64,000 nucleotides of DNA from positions 1 through 64,000 of the IMG/VR virus record IMGVR_UViG_3300037418_002568; one strand, 5' to 3'. The notes under the pieces were generated by a model that was not told where the DNA came from, did not search any database, and saw nothing but the letters and a program-made list of their open reading frames with translations. A program made the translations under genes and the position numbers. This DNA is from a virus (lineage: Duplodnaviria > Caudoviricetes). Of this stretch, positions 1 to 10,275 are shown piece by piece (the stretch's first letter is position 1; each line of letters starts with the position of its first letter).

Positions 1-16
1 CCCGACTGTGCGGTAG

Positions 17-400
17 CTAGCTGATCATCACCGTGACCAGGCAGCCCGCCGGGACGGCGAGGCCGGTGCCGGTCTGCACCAGCTGAACATCGACGACGTC
101 GCCGGCCTCGAGCAGCACCGGCGACGCCGGGGTCGCCAGCGATACCGGGTTCTCGGCGGCAGCGTTGGTGCCGGAGGTGAACGCCTTGGTGGCGAGGGTG
201 GCGACCACAGTGCCCGCGCGCAGCTGGCGCACGTTGACGGTGAAGTAGTTGGTGTTGGTGCCGGTGATGGTCGACGGCGCGGTGAAGTAGATGGCGTTGA
301 TGGTGTCGGACTGACCCTGCTCGGGGTAGTAGACACCGGCCATCGTCACCGACGTGGAACCACCGGCCGACTGGGCGGGAAGAACAGCGCTCAAACGCAT
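17..400 (-). CDS. putative virion structural protein (beta-rich)
   Basis: 127-aa T/V/A-rich ORF directly downstream of the tail chaperones in the tail operon. Confidence 0.5.
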   Translation of the reverse strand: MRLSAVLPAQSAGGSTSVTMAGVYYPEQGQSDTINAIYFTAPSTITGTNTNYFTVNVRQLRAGTVVATLATKAFTSGTNAAAENPVSLATPASPVLLEAGDVVDVQLVQTGTGLAVPAGCLVTVMIS

Positions 401-416
401 TGGCCTTGAAACCTTT

Positions 417-1225
417 TCATTCGAAGAGGGCCCCGGAGGGCTGGGTGAACTGGTCGATCAGCGCCTGCATGTTGCGCATCCGTTTGCGCTCGCGGGCCTC
501 GTCCAATGCGGTGATGGGCCGCGGCATCGGCGCGATCGACGGCGGGTCGGCGCCGGCGGCGGCGATGACGGCGGCCTGCACACCCATCAGGGCGTCGATC
601 ACCGACAACAGCAGATACGTTTCGGTGGTGTAGCCCTCCGGGGTGGCCGCGGGTTCCTCGGTGAACTCCGGATCGTCTTCGCGTTCGAGCAGCTTGTCCG
701 CCAAATCCGGGTCCATCGCCAGTGCCGCCTTGTAGTGCGCGCCGCGCGGCAGCCGGTCCTTGAACGACCAGACGGTGCGCCAGTCCAGCTCGCGCAGGTG
801 CGCGGGCCCGAAGCAGCGCCGCACGTCGATACCCCGGTCCAGCAGGTCATAGTCCAGGGCTGGCCCATAGCGTTCCCAGAACGCTATGAGCCCTACGATC
901 CCCCCGGCAGAGCAGCCGCACCGGCGCCGAAGAAGTGGTCGTAGTAGTCGCGCTGGAACGCCAACCACTCGTCGGCCGGACGGTCCTCGAACAGCGCATC
1001 CACCTCGGTGTACCGCTCGCCCAGCAGCGCGGCGATCTTCGATTCGTCGTCGGGGGCGTTGCGGAAGGCCTTGAGGTGGCGGCGCGTCGGCATCGCCAAC
1101 ACGATGTCCGGGGTGAGCTGGTAGTGGCCGCGCCGCGCGGGCGCCAGCTGATCTTGCAGCTCGTAGAACCGGCCCTCACGCGCCTGCTCGGGGGTCTGTC
1201 CGTCCTCGGTCTTCTTGCCTGCCAT
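417..1225 (-). CDS. tail assembly chaperones (G and frameshifted GT forms)
   Basis: ORF 893-1225 ends LPGGS*; overlapping -1 frame ORF continues to 417; slippery GGGGGGA at 899-905; lies downstream of major tail gene. Confidence 0.8.
899..905 (-). other. programmed -1 ribosomal frameshift site
   Basis: CCG GGG GGA TCG TAG; -1 slip gives GGG GGG ATC GTA into the long open frame. Confidence 0.75.
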
Positions 1226-1274
1226 CTGCTCTCCGTGGGGATTCGTTTGTGGGGGAATGGATTTCAGCGATGTG

Positions 1275-1463
1275 TCACAGACGCAGCGCGCCGTCGGTGC
1301 CGATCACGTCGATGGGGCCCGACGAGCCGCCGCCTTGGGCGCGGGCGTCGCTGGGGTGGGCCTGGGCGATCGACTCACTGCCGACCATGGAGTACTCCGA
1401 GGCCGGGGTGGAGGTGACCGGGGTGGCAGGGGCGGACGAGTTGGGGGTAGCGGTCTGACCCAT
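1275..1463 (-). CDS. small hypothetical protein
   Basis: 62-aa ORF tightly packed in tail operon, SD-like GGAAG upstream. Confidence 0.45.
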   Translation of the reverse strand: MGQTATPNSSAPATPVTSTPASEYSMVGSESIAQAHPSDARAQGGGSSGPIDVIGTDGALRL

Positions 1464-1465
1464 GG

Positions 1466-1756
1466 CTATTTGCCTTCTTCCTTGCTGGTCGGGGTCGGTT
1501 CGGATTTCCGCGGCACGAGCGAGGCGATCTCGTCGAGACCGACAACGCTCGGGGTCGAGCCCTTGACCGGCGGTTTCTCCGGTTCCGGAGCGGGCGCCGG
1601 GTTCGGCGCCGGGGCCGGGGCGGAGGCGGCGGGCTTGGGCTTGTGGCCGAGGGAAAACACCGCGGTCACATACGCCGCCGGGGTGGTGACCTCGTATTCG
1701 TGGCCATCATCGGCGACGAGGGTGACCGGGAAAACGGTCGGAATGGTGTTGGGCAT
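1466..1756 (-). CDS. hypothetical Pro-rich protein
   Basis: MPNTIPTVFPV... with AAGGAG SD, just downstream of major tail gene. Confidence 0.55.
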   Translation of the reverse strand: MPNTIPTVFPVTLVADDGHEYEVTTPAAYVTAVFSLGHKPKPAASAPAPAPNPAPAPEPEKPPVKGSTPSVVGLDEIASLVPRKSEPTPTSKEEGK

Positions 1757-1830
1757 GAGGCTCCTTGCTGACCATGCCGACCCCGCCCCCACCAGCAGAT
1801 GGTGGAGGCGGGGTGCGGGGCGCGCCGTGA

Positions 1831-2754
1831 CTAGGTGACGGTGACGGAGCAGGTCGCGGTGAGCGGCGAGCCGGCACCCGGCGGGGTGTAGGAGGCGGTA
1901 ACCGTGGTCGAACCGGCCGCCACCGGGGTCACGATGCCGGTGGAGGCGACCGTCGCGTAGCTGGTCTGCGAGCTGGTGAAGGTCACCGACGCGTTCGGGA
2001 TGACGGTGCCCATCTGATCCTTGACCACCAGCGGCGCCGACGGGGAGCCGGTGTGGGACAGCGACAGCGTCGTCGGGGTCACGGTGATCGCGGACACGGT
2101 GTAGGTGAACCCGGTCTGGGACAGGATGTTCTTCCAGCCCAGGCCGCCGAAGCCGTGGCCCACCGCATAGCCGACGGTGTCGTCCTTGAACGCGGTCAAG
2201 GTGAGCTTCTGGGACACCAGGGTGGTGGGGGTCCACTGCTCGCCGGCGTACTTGGTGACCGCCACCTTCGGCATGTGCTTGATGATGTAAATCGGCGCGG
2301 CGTCGTTGCCGTCCTTACCGATCACGATCGCCGAGTAGTAGGTGATCTGCGGGGCGATCGGCTGGGCGAAGAACACCTCACCGCTCGACCCGTCGGCCAG
2401 CACCGCCGCGAGGTTGGTGTTGGTGGTCAGCTGCAGGGTGGTGACATTGGTTTCCTGCGGCTCGAATTCGAGCGTGGTCACATCGTCGGTGACGTCGTCG
2501 CGGGTCGGCTCCAGCTCGCCGTAGGAGTCGATCGGGGCCGCGGTGATGTTGCGGGCGAACGCGACACCGGACTTCTTGTCGATGTAGCCGACGGACTTGA
2601 ACGCGGTCGGCAGGGTTTGCAGGGTGGCGGTGGAGTCGGTGTAGGAGGTGGGCGCGGCGGTGTACCACGGCGCCAGGAACACGACGGCATCCAACGGCTT
2701 GAGCAGCAGCGAGTTCTGCGCTGCCTTCAAGGCGGAAAGGGTCGTACCAGTCAT
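1831..2754 (-). CDS. major tail protein with C-terminal Ig-like domain
   Basis: actinophage MTP motifs (GYIDKKSGV, SYGELEPTR); C-terminal VTPTTLSL...VTFTSS...ATV Big-2-like domain; synteny. Confidence 0.85.
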   Translation of the reverse strand: MTGTTLSALKAAQNSLLLKPLDAVVFLAPWYTAAPTSYTDSTATLQTLPTAFKSVGYIDKKSGVAFARNITAAPIDSYGELEPTRDDVTDDVTTLEFEPQETNVTTLQLTTNTNLAAVLADGSSGEVFFAQPIAPQITYYSAIVIGKDGNDAAPIYIIKHMPKVAVTKYAGEQWTPTTLVSQKLTLTAFKDDTVGYAVGHGFGGLGWKNILSQTGFTYTVSAITVTPTTLSLSHTGSPSAPLVVKDQMGTVIPNASVTFTSSQTSYATVASTGIVTPVAAGSTTVTASYTPPGAGSPLTATCSVTVT

Positions 2755-2793
2755 CCGGTAGCCTCTATTCAGTTTTCTGTAAAGCGTTGCAGG

Positions 2794-3249
2794 TCAAGGG
2801 TTTTGGCGACGCGCCATCATCCGGAAAGCGACTTCCACCGTGCGGTTGAGCGGATCGGCGTCGCCGATCTCCAGCTCGCCGGTGATCTCCTCGCACCAAT
2901 CCACGAGCACCCCGTTCACCGATCCGGCCGGGCAGGCGAGGACCGCCTCACGCACCTGACGCGCCAGCCTCCAGCTGGCCGAACGGGTGTGGCTCATGGC
3001 CACGATCCGCACGTTCGCGGTGTCGGTGATGGCGTTGAAGTCCAGGCCGCCGCCGTCGCGGCGCACCCACAGCAACGGCAACGCCGCCTGCAGATCATCA
3101 GCAGAAGGCGGCAACGTCTGGCAGGTGTAGGCGATCGGTGTCAACAGGTCGATAAGCACCTGCTCCCAGTCCGGGAACTCACCCGGCTCCGGGTAGGGGG
3201 CATCCAGGGCCACCGACAGCGACCCGGTACCGGTCTCGGGTGCGGTCAT
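2794..3249 (-). CDS. tail terminator
   Basis: FPDWEQVLIDLL / LPLLWVRRDGG motifs; immediately upstream of MTP. Confidence 0.7.
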   Translation of the reverse strand: MTAPETGTGSLSVALDAPYPEPGEFPDWEQVLIDLLTPIAYTCQTLPPSADDLQAALPLLWVRRDGGGLDFNAITDTANVRIVAMSHTRSASWRLARQVREAVLACPAGSVNGVLVDWCEEITGELEIGDADPLNRTVEVAFRMMARRQNP

Positions 3250-3560
3250 CCGCCGGCCTCCCGAATCGTCGGGATCGACCGGCGCAGCACCCATTCCGGC
3301 GCGCGAGGCCCGGCCCGGGAGCTGCCGATCTCACGCCACTTCGCGTAGTAGCCGGTGCAGTAGATGATCGCCTGGAAGTTGCCTTCGGCCGACGACCCGT
3401 CACGGCCCTCCACGTGGGAGGCGTTGTAGCCGGTGTCGACCACGCTGTGGGAACGCCAATAGTCCATGCCCGCGCGGGCTTTGCGGCGCATCAGCGCCTT
3501 GAGCTGCGGGGAGGACTTGGGCACTTCACGCAGGTTGTTGCCGGTGGGGTTGTACAGCAT
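3246..3560 (-). CDS. head-tail connector (HK97 gp10-like)
   Basis: VDTGYNASH and EIGSSR...WVLRR motifs; synteny. Confidence 0.65.
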   Translation of the reverse strand: MLYNPTGNNLREVPKSSPQLKALMRRKARAGMDYWRSHSVVDTGYNASHVEGRDGSSAEGNFQAIIYCTGYYAKWREIGSSRAGPRAPEWVLRRSIPTIREAGG

Positions 3561-3910
3561 CAGCTCACCTCCTCCACCGTGAAGTGGATGAACGGCGACC
3601 ACCCGGTGAAGGGGTTGCGCGGACGGTTCGGTTCGGACACCACCGCCACCACCACCCCGCTGGGCAGCTGCACCCAGTCCGACTTGCGCACGTCGGAATC
3701 GGCGGGGGCGCGTATGTCGATCACGACATGGGCGCGCGACTCCCGTTCGGCGTGTAGCTGCCAGCCGCGGCCGGTCAGATACGGCATGTCGCACGGGCCG
3801 ATCCAGTGGTGGATCGCTCGCGCGCCGTCGCCGAACGGGTCGTAGGAGGGGGCGCGGATGATCGCGAGCATCGACCCGGCCGGGAACGACAGATCGGAGG
3901 CGACGGTCAC
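3560..3910 (-). CDS. head-to-tail stopper
   Basis: DPFGD and NPFTGW motifs; synteny. Confidence 0.7.
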   Translation of the reverse strand: MTVASDLSFPAGSMLAIIRAPSYDPFGDGARAIHHWIGPCDMPYLTGRGWQLHAERESRAHVVIDIRAPADSDVRKSDWVQLPSGVVVAVVSEPNRPRNPFTGWSPFIHFTVEEVS

Positions 3911-3920
3911 CGCGGCCTCC

Positions 3921-4391
3921 TCACATCAGATTCGGCCGGTTGCCGCACAGTCCGGCGTTGCGCAGGATGACCACCGACGCCTGGCACAGGTCGTTGATCG
4001 CCTGCTCCTGCCATTGCTGGGTCATGGCCACCGCGTAGGTGACCGACCCGCCGGGCACGGTCTGGGAATGGATCACCGGCTCCAGCCCGGCCAAACCGGC
4101 ATCAGGGTTGAGGGCGGCGTTGACCCAGTAGGTGACCTGCTGGCACACCGCGTCGCAGAACGCTTGGCTCAGTACCGGATCGGTCGGCTTACCGTCGTCG
4201 GTGCCCGCCGGGGCCGACGACGGAATCGCGTCGCCGGGCCCCAGCGGGTAGACGTAGTAGCGGTCGGTGCGGGTAGCGAAACGCACCATCTCCGAGGCTT
4301 GGCGCAGCAGCGCGGCCACGTTGGCCGGGAGCTGGTCGCTGGTCAGCCACCCGCCGCCGGTCAGGTCGGTGGAGGTCGCATAGATCAGCAC
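3921..4391 (-). CDS. head-to-tail adaptor
   Basis: YATSTDL...LLRQASEMVRFAT...DAVCQQV...ILRNAGL; downstream of capsid. Confidence 0.75.
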   Translation of the reverse strand: MLIYATSTDLTGGGWLTSDQLPANVAALLRQASEMVRFATRTDRYYVYPLGPGDAIPSSAPAGTDDGKPTDPVLSQAFCDAVCQQVTYWVNAALNPDAGLAGLEPVIHSQTVPGGSVTYAVAMTQQWQEQAINDLCQASVVILRNAGLCGNRPNLM

Positions 4392-4406
4392 AGCGACCCC
4401 CCGCCC

Positions 4407-4631
4407 CTACTTGCTCGACTTGGCGGCGGCCGCCTTGTCGTCCGGTTCGGCCTTCGCGGTCGTGGTGACCGGGGTGGAATCGTCGACCTGCTCCCACTGG
4501 GCCCACTGGAACCACGGGGTCGACTGCGGCTTGCCGGGGCGCTTGCGGCCGGCGCTGCGGTCCGGAGACCAGCTCGCCAGCTCCTCGGGCACCTCGACCA
4601 CGGTTCCGTGAGTCTTGTGACGCACCTTCAT
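4407..4631 (-). CDS. small capsid-associated hypothetical protein
   Basis: 74-aa ORF between capsid and adaptor. Confidence 0.5.
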   Translation of the reverse strand: MKVRHKTHGTVVEVPEELASWSPDRSAGRKRPGKPQSTPWFQWAQWEQVDDSTPVTTTAKAEPDDKAAAAKSSK

Positions 4632-4643
4632 CTTTCAGCCCTC

Positions 4644-5558
4644 CTAGCTGACGGTCAGCGCGCCCTGCAACAGGCAGGCACGGTTGGGGTCGAGGGTCTT
4701 CACGCCGTACAGGGTGTCCAGCGAGCAGATGAACTTCTTGTGGTTGATGTCGTAGGCGTAGGCCACACGAATCGACAGACCGTTGTAGGTCTGCACCGAC
4801 GCGAACGAACCCGGCGCCAGCTCCAGCGGAGCGCTGGCGAAGCAGAACGCGGTCTCGTGGAACATCACACCGACCTCGGTGGTCGGCAGGCCCGCGGCGG
4901 TGTCGGCCGGGGGCGAGGCGATGTTGGTGGTGACGAAGATGTCGGAGCCGAACAGGCTGGCGCCGAGCGAACCGGCACGCAGATCCTCGTTGGTACCGGC
5001 GTTCATCACGTACTTGAGGTCCTGCGAGTTGAGCCACTTGGCCTTGGTCGCCGGGCCGATGATGGTGTGGCGAGCCGACGACGGCAGGTTGGCCTGATCG
5101 AGCACGCGGCCGGAGTCGATCAGCACCTCGGGGGTGTCCCAGGTGTAGCCGGAGTTGGTGCCGACGGTGTTGGAGATGTTCGAGCGCAGCGACAGGATGT
5201 CCTGATCGACCTTCTCCGCCAACGCCATGCAGGCCGGCGTGAGCAGCTGCTCGTCAAAGTTGACGATGTCGAGGGTCAGCTGCTCGGTGGTGACCGCGAA
5301 CGACACGTCGGCGATGGTGTCGAGGGTGACCGGGATCGCCGACTCGTTGGCGGACTGGATGGTGATGCCGGAGGTGTCGTCGAACTCCTCGGCGGTGAAC
5401 GTGGTGGGCTTGCGGATGTTGATCGTGTTACCGATCTTCTGAGCCGAGAACTGCGAGCTCACGTCGGTGTAGACCAGCGGCACCATGACCAGCGACGGGT
5501 ACAGGTTCGCCAGGGCGCGCTGGGCGATCAACTCCGGGGTGAGAAAGACATTCGCCAC
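4644..5558 (-). CDS. major capsid protein (P22 coat/HK97-fold family)
   Basis: MANVFLTPELIA...GNTINIRKP...DTLYGVKTLDP signature. Confidence 0.9.
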   Translation of the reverse strand: MANVFLTPELIAQRALANLYPSLVMVPLVYTDVSSQFSAQKIGNTINIRKPTTFTAEEFDDTSGITIQSANESAIPVTLDTIADVSFAVTTEQLTLDIVNFDEQLLTPACMALAEKVDQDILSLRSNISNTVGTNSGYTWDTPEVLIDSGRVLDQANLPSSARHTIIGPATKAKWLNSQDLKYVMNAGTNEDLRAGSLGASLFGSDIFVTTNIASPPADTAAGLPTTEVGVMFHETAFCFASAPLELAPGSFASVQTYNGLSIRVAYAYDINHKKFICSLDTLYGVKTLDPNRACLLQGALTVS

Positions 5559-5624
5559 GACGGGTTGCCTCTATTCAATTGGTATTCGGTTGTGCGCGCC
5601 CACAGCTGGGCGCGGGAGGGGGGG

Positions 5625-6479
5625 TTATCCCAGCGGTTGGCCCGGGATCGGGTCGGCGCTGACGCCGCGCTCGACGCCGCGCAGGAACCGCGAATGGACC
5701 TTGCCGCCCTTGCCGCCGGACAAGTCCCGGAACTTCTCGTCGATGAACTGCTGCACCGATGTGTTGGTCGGCGCACCGGAAGACGGGTCCCCGGAGCCGG
5801 CGGCGTGATTGCCACCGGAGCGAGGGGCAGCCACACGCGCGGCCCGATACCGTGGGTCGGCGTCGACAGCGGAGCGGATCACCGCATCCACCGCCGTGCT
5901 GAACTCCGCGGAGCTGGGGTCGAGTGCGAGCACGTCGGGCCGGGTCATGAACTGCCGCGAGTCGATCAACGCCAACGGGTCCGCCCCAGCGGTGGTGGCA
6001 CGCCGATACAGTTCGGCCTCCACCTGCGCCGCACGCGCCGCATCCGCAGCCGCCTTGGCGGCAGCCTCAGCAGCCGCGCGCTGGGATTCGGCTTCGGCCT
6101 GGGCGGCCTTGGCCTGCTCCAGCAGAGCTTCCGGGGTGGGCGGGGTGTCGTCGTTGACCAGGCCCAGAGCCTTCCCCAGGTTCTGGGTCAATTCGCGGGT
6201 GGCGTTCGCGGCGGCTTCGGCGGCGGCCTTCTGGGCCTTCTCCTCAGCGTCGGCGATCGCCTTCTGCAGTTCGAGACGGTTGGTCTTGGCCTCTTCACGC
6301 AGTTCGTGGACATACTTCTCGCCGAACACCTTCTCCCCGGTGGCACCGGCGGCCGGTTCGACCGGCTGATCGGCAGGGGGAGCCGGCGGAGCCGGAGGCG
6401 CAGCAGGCGCCGGCGGTGCGGCCGGGGTGGGGGTTTCGACGGGAGCGGTGCCGGGTTCGGCAGTGTTTTCGGGTGGCAT
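5625..6479 (-). CDS. capsid scaffolding protein
   Basis: Pro/Ala-rich N-terminus, YVHELREEAKTNR coiled coil, DPLALIDSRQF; upstream of capsid. Confidence 0.8.
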   Translation of the reverse strand: MPPENTAEPGTAPVETPTPAAPPAPAAPPAPPAPPADQPVEPAAGATGEKVFGEKYVHELREEAKTNRLELQKAIADAEEKAQKAAAEAAANATRELTQNLGKALGLVNDDTPPTPEALLEQAKAAQAEAESQRAAAEAAAKAAADAARAAQVEAELYRRATTAGADPLALIDSRQFMTRPDVLALDPSSAEFSTAVDAVIRSAVDADPRYRAARVAAPRSGGNHAAGSGDPSSGAPTNTSVQQFIDEKFRDLSGGKGGKVHSRFLRGVERGVSADPIPGQPLG

Positions 6480-6594
6480 CTGGGATGGTTTCTCTCTCCC
6501 GCATCTGGCGGGTGAATGGTGAGAAGGGCACCCCCGGGCCTCGAGCACCAGGGGTTCGGACACCCGCGGCCATCGGGCCGTCGGGAAGCTTGTG

Positions 6595-7620
6595 TCAGGG
6601 CAGCCGGTTACGCCAGAACCGCAAGCGGCCCAACGCTTTCGCTGCCGCGCGCGGGGTCAGCGCCAGCGCGCGGCGGCGGTGGGCGGCGCGCATCCCGACC
6701 CGCGCCCGCGCGGCCACATCAGCCATCAGCAGGTCGTCAGGGTCCGGGGCGGGCGACGGGTCCGGCAGCGGGTCACCGGGGGTCCAGGGCCCGATCGAGC
6801 ACCGGCAGTTCGGGTGCAGCAGACCGGCCTCGATCGCCTCGGCCATGGTCGCCGCGACGGGGGTAGTGGTCGGGCCGATCGCGAGCAGCTGCCCGTCGAA
6901 CGGCGCGCATTTGTCGCAGCAGTGCACGCGTGTGGTCACCACCACCACGTTCTGTCCCGACGCCAGCAGCGCTTGCGCGGCCGCGGCAGCGCGGGCGTGG
7001 GTGGCGGCGGTGCGCGCCACCATCGACATGTAGGTGGTCAGGTTCCAGCGCCGGCCCAGCTTGTCGACCAGGGCGATGATGCCGGTGTCGGCGTAGTCGT
7101 CGAGCACCTGCTGCGCGGCATCCAACCGGGCTTGGGTGGAGGGCATGGCGCGTTCGATCACCGCGGCGACGAGCTTGCGGTACACCCCGTCCTGAGAGCG
7201 GGTGACCTGGGCACCGGCGCGGGTCAGGTCGGTGATCATGCGCGCCACGATCGCGTCCACGCCGGGCAACCCGACCATGTCGGTTGGGTGCGGTGCCCGC
7301 GCGGCCGGATGCACCGCGACCGGCACCCCGCGCGTCGACAGCTGCGCCAGCATGTCGTTGCGGCCAGCGACTTCGGCGGCGGCGGCCTGCCCACGGGCGG
7401 CGGCGACGATCTGCGGCATGAACTGGCGGACCAGCAGCCGGGACCGGGTTTGGGTGGTCAGCAACGCTTTCCACCCGGTCGCGGTCCCGGTCGCCACCTC
7501 CACCGCCGCCGAGCGGGCCGCGGCCAGCAGCCGCGCCTCCAGCATGGCCAGCGCAGCGGCCACGCTCGCCGCCACCGCGCCATCGTCATGCTGCTGCTGC
7601 GCTGGGGCCGGGGCGGTCAT
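6595..7620 (-). CDS. minor capsid protein (MuF-like)
   Basis: GRRWNLTTYMSMVART, CCDKCAPFDG, GLLHPNCRC motifs. Confidence 0.85.
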   Translation of the reverse strand: MTAPAPAQQQHDDGAVAASVAAALAMLEARLLAAARSAAVEVATGTATGWKALLTTQTRSRLLVRQFMPQIVAAARGQAAAAEVAGRNDMLAQLSTRGVPVAVHPAARAPHPTDMVGLPGVDAIVARMITDLTRAGAQVTRSQDGVYRKLVAAVIERAMPSTQARLDAAQQVLDDYADTGIIALVDKLGRRWNLTTYMSMVARTAATHARAAAAAQALLASGQNVVVVTTRVHCCDKCAPFDGQLLAIGPTTTPVAATMAEAIEAGLLHPNCRCSIGPWTPGDPLPDPSPAPDPDDLLMADVAARARVGMRAAHRRRALALTPRAAAKALGRLRFWRNRLP

Positions 7621-9326
7621 CCGCCGCTGTTGGCCATGTCACCGATGCTCGACTGGGTCGGGAACGGCGACGGCGGACGGTATTTGCGGGTCTGCAACGG
7701 TTCGGTGTTCGGCGCCAACGTCGAATCACCTCCAGTCGCATCGGTGAGGGCAGCCAGGTCGGCGCGGATACGCTGCACTTCCTCGTTCACCTCGGCGGCG
7801 GTCCACTCCGGGTGCCGCTCGGCCACAGCCTGCTGCGTCGAAATCGCCTGCGCCGCCATGAGAGCCGCGATCGTCTGCGCCATCTCCAGCGGGGCCTGCA
7901 TCGAACGAGGCGGGAAGTTGATGTCCGGGATATCGGAAATCGCCGACCCCGACCCGAACACCTGATCGTCGATGTTCATGGCCGTCCGGGCGAGCGCGCC
8001 AACGCCGTTGCGCCACAACGACATCTTCTTGCTGCGAGTGCGCTCCGACAGCGAGTCACGCGAGTTGACCTCGGTGGCGGTCACCGCCGGCGACAGGCTG
8101 GAGTCGGTGAACGATCCCGGCGAGATACCAGCCCCACGCAAGATCATGTCCAGAATCTCGGACACGGTGCGGCTGTGTTCCTGCCACCGGATGTTGAACT
8201 GATTGGCGAACAGGCCCGAGTTGTTGCCGGTGGCCATCGACCCGATCGTCCCGCGCAATGGCGTAAAGATCGCCTGCTCACCGTCGAACGTGGCGCCCTG
8301 TCCCGGGCCCTGATCGGTCAACAGGGACTCGTCGACGAACAACCTCGCCTTGCCGAGGTCGATGTCTCTCATCCAGGAGGACACGACTTCGTCGAGGGCG
8401 TCGAACAGCATTTCGATACCGTCGAAGTCCGACCGGCCGAACGGCGCCAGGCCCGGTGTGCGCCGCCATTTGCGGTTGGGCCGCTGATTGGGCACGTAGG
8501 CGGCGGTCAGCCACGGCACCCCGGTGGCGATCGCGCCTTCGGAGTCGACCACGTCGGCGGCCCACGCGGTGTCGGGGGAGGCCTCCAGCGGGATGCGGCG
8601 ACCAAGGTTGCCTTGGTCGCCTTCATACAGCCCATGCAGGATGCGCCCCGGTTCGTGGCGTTCCAGGTGCCGAATCCAGGTGCCCTCCTCCGAGGCCACC
8701 ACGCTCCAGAACGTCACCGCCTGCAACTGGTCATAGCGCCACGTCGGCACCGCCATATCGGCGGAGTTGACGCCGAGCATGACGTGATCGGCGATCTGCT
8801 CGTCCCACCACAGCCGCAGAAACACCCCACCGTGCGCGGAGGCGAGTTCGCCGCCGGCGCCGAGGGTGGTGTAGGTGTCGTCGCCACCCAGCAGTTGGTC
8901 GAGGCGCTTTTGCGCCTTGGTCGGGTTGGAGACGTTGTCGCCGTCGGCGATGTAGGTGGTCGGCGGCTCGGCGAACAACAGATCGGAGCTGGTGCGCGCC
9001 AGGTCCGCCGCGATCGGGACATGGATGCGGGTGAAGTTCTGCAGGTTCGGCCGACCCCAGAAGAACCGCTGCAGGCGGCCGACCAGGCCACCGGCCCACG
9101 CGGTGGGCCGGACCATATTCTCCTGGATGTAGATGTTCTGCAGTTCGGCGACGTCGCCGGCGTACCAGCTGTCCCAGATGTGGAATTGCTTCTGGGACAC
9201 GTCGAACGGCTTCGGCGGCCAGGACGCGCCGACGATCGGCAGGCCCTCCACGGGCAGCTGCTCGGTCTGTACCGACGCCAAACCGAACGAGGGGACCAGA
9301 GCCAGGTTCGCACTGGGCGCGAGCAT
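7617..9326 (-). CDS. portal protein (SPP1/A118-like)
   Basis: HVPIAADLARTSSDLLF, GRSDFDG...LDEVVSSWMRDIDLGK, TATEV motifs. Confidence 0.9.
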   Translation of the reverse strand: MLAPSANLALVPSFGLASVQTEQLPVEGLPIVGASWPPKPFDVSQKQFHIWDSWYAGDVAELQNIYIQENMVRPTAWAGGLVGRLQRFFWGRPNLQNFTRIHVPIAADLARTSSDLLFAEPPTTYIADGDNVSNPTKAQKRLDQLLGGDDTYTTLGAGGELASAHGGVFLRLWWDEQIADHVMLGVNSADMAVPTWRYDQLQAVTFWSVVASEEGTWIRHLERHEPGRILHGLYEGDQGNLGRRIPLEASPDTAWAADVVDSEGAIATGVPWLTAAYVPNQRPNRKWRRTPGLAPFGRSDFDGIEMLFDALDEVVSSWMRDIDLGKARLFVDESLLTDQGPGQGATFDGEQAIFTPLRGTIGSMATGNNSGLFANQFNIRWQEHSRTVSEILDMILRGAGISPGSFTDSSLSPAVTATEVNSRDSLSERTRSKKMSLWRNGVGALARTAMNIDDQVFGSGSAISDIPDINFPPRSMQAPLEMAQTIAALMAAQAISTQQAVAERHPEWTAAEVNEEVQRIRADLAALTDATGGDSTLAPNTEPLQTRKYRPPSPFPTQSSIGDMANSGG

Positions 9327-9364
9327 GGACAGCTCCCCTCGTTATTCAGTTGTGTCGCAATGGT

Positions 9365-9805
9365 TTACGGTTTGGCGATGATCCCGTACAGGGCGTCGAC
9401 GGAAATCACCATCGACCGCCATTGGATGTCGTAGGCCTGCACCACCCGCACCGCGAGACCGTCGACGACCTCGACGGCCGCGAACTCGCCGCGCGGAGGA
9501 TGCAGCCGCGCGAACACCGGTCGCGCCATGGGGCCGACGTCGGCGACCTGGCGGTCGATCTGCTGCACCAGCGCGGTCGCGGCCGGTTCAAGGAACTCGT
9601 GGGCGAACTCGGACACCGACTGGCACAAGTCGTCGGCGGACACCAGGAACGACACGTCGGCGCACCGGTTCAGGTGCAGCGACACCACGGCACCGGTGCG
9701 CGGATCGGTGACGTTGATGGTGTCATCGAGGGCGTGTTCGTCGTCGCGGCCGGCGTTCAGCGGCGGGGCACGACAGCCGGTAGCGGACCTGCCACGCCGC
9801 CTCAC
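9365..9805 (-). CDS. hypothetical protein
   Basis: ORF upstream of portal; start uncertain. Confidence 0.4.
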   Translation of the reverse strand: MRRRGRSATGCRAPPLNAGRDDEHALDDTINVTDPRTGAVVSLHLNRCADVSFLVSADDLCQSVSEFAHEFLEPAATALVQQIDRQVADVGPMARPVFARLHPPRGEFAAVEVVDGLAVRVVQAYDIQWRSMVISVDALYGIIAKP

Positions 9806-9864
9806 GCGCCAGCTGCGCCGGGGTCAGCACCGCTTGGCGCTGACCACCGACGCTGGTGGCGGTC

Positions 9865-10275
9865 TCAGGCACTCGGGGTCGCGTCGGCGGCCGGGGCGTC
9901 GCCGGTGGCGACATCAGCCGACAGGTTGCCCGTCGGGGCGGCGGACTCGTCGGCCGGCGCCGGAGCATCCTCGGCCGGGGCCGGAGCGTCCGAAGCCGGG
10001 GCGTCGGCGGCCGGAGCGTCCGAAGCAGGGGCGTCGGTGGCCGGGGTCGAGTCGGTCGGGGCGGCGAAGCCCTGCGCCACCTCGTGCACGCTGGCCACGT
10101 CGGTCTCGAGCTGGGCCAGCGCGGCAGCGACAGCGGCCGAGTCCTCCGGGTTGGCGGCCTGGGCGGCGATCAGCGCGGACACCTGTGCCTTGATGTCGGC
10201 TACGCCCTTGGCGATGGTGGCGGCGTCGGCCTGCAGCTGGTTGTGCAGGGAGGTGATGTCGTCGAGCACGGTCAC
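9865..10275 (-). CDS. coiled-coil protein with acidic APA-repeat tail
   Basis: GGAG SD + GTG; heptad pattern then DAPA repeats. Confidence 0.55.
   Translation of the reverse strand: MTVLDDITSLHNQLQADAATIAKGVADIKAQVSALIAAQAANPEDSAAVAAALAQLETDVASVHEVAQGFAAPTDSTPATDAPASDAPAADAPASDAPAPAEDAPAPADESAAPTGNLSADVATGDAPAADATPSA

Noticed and set aside
3858-9434. Long plus-strand ORFs (885, 457, 540 aa)
   Set aside because: Antisense shadows of capsid, scaffold and portal genes, expected in high-GC DNA
9940-10050. Short DNA repeats GGAGCGTCCGAAGC
   Set aside because: They encode the DAPA low-complexity tail of a protein
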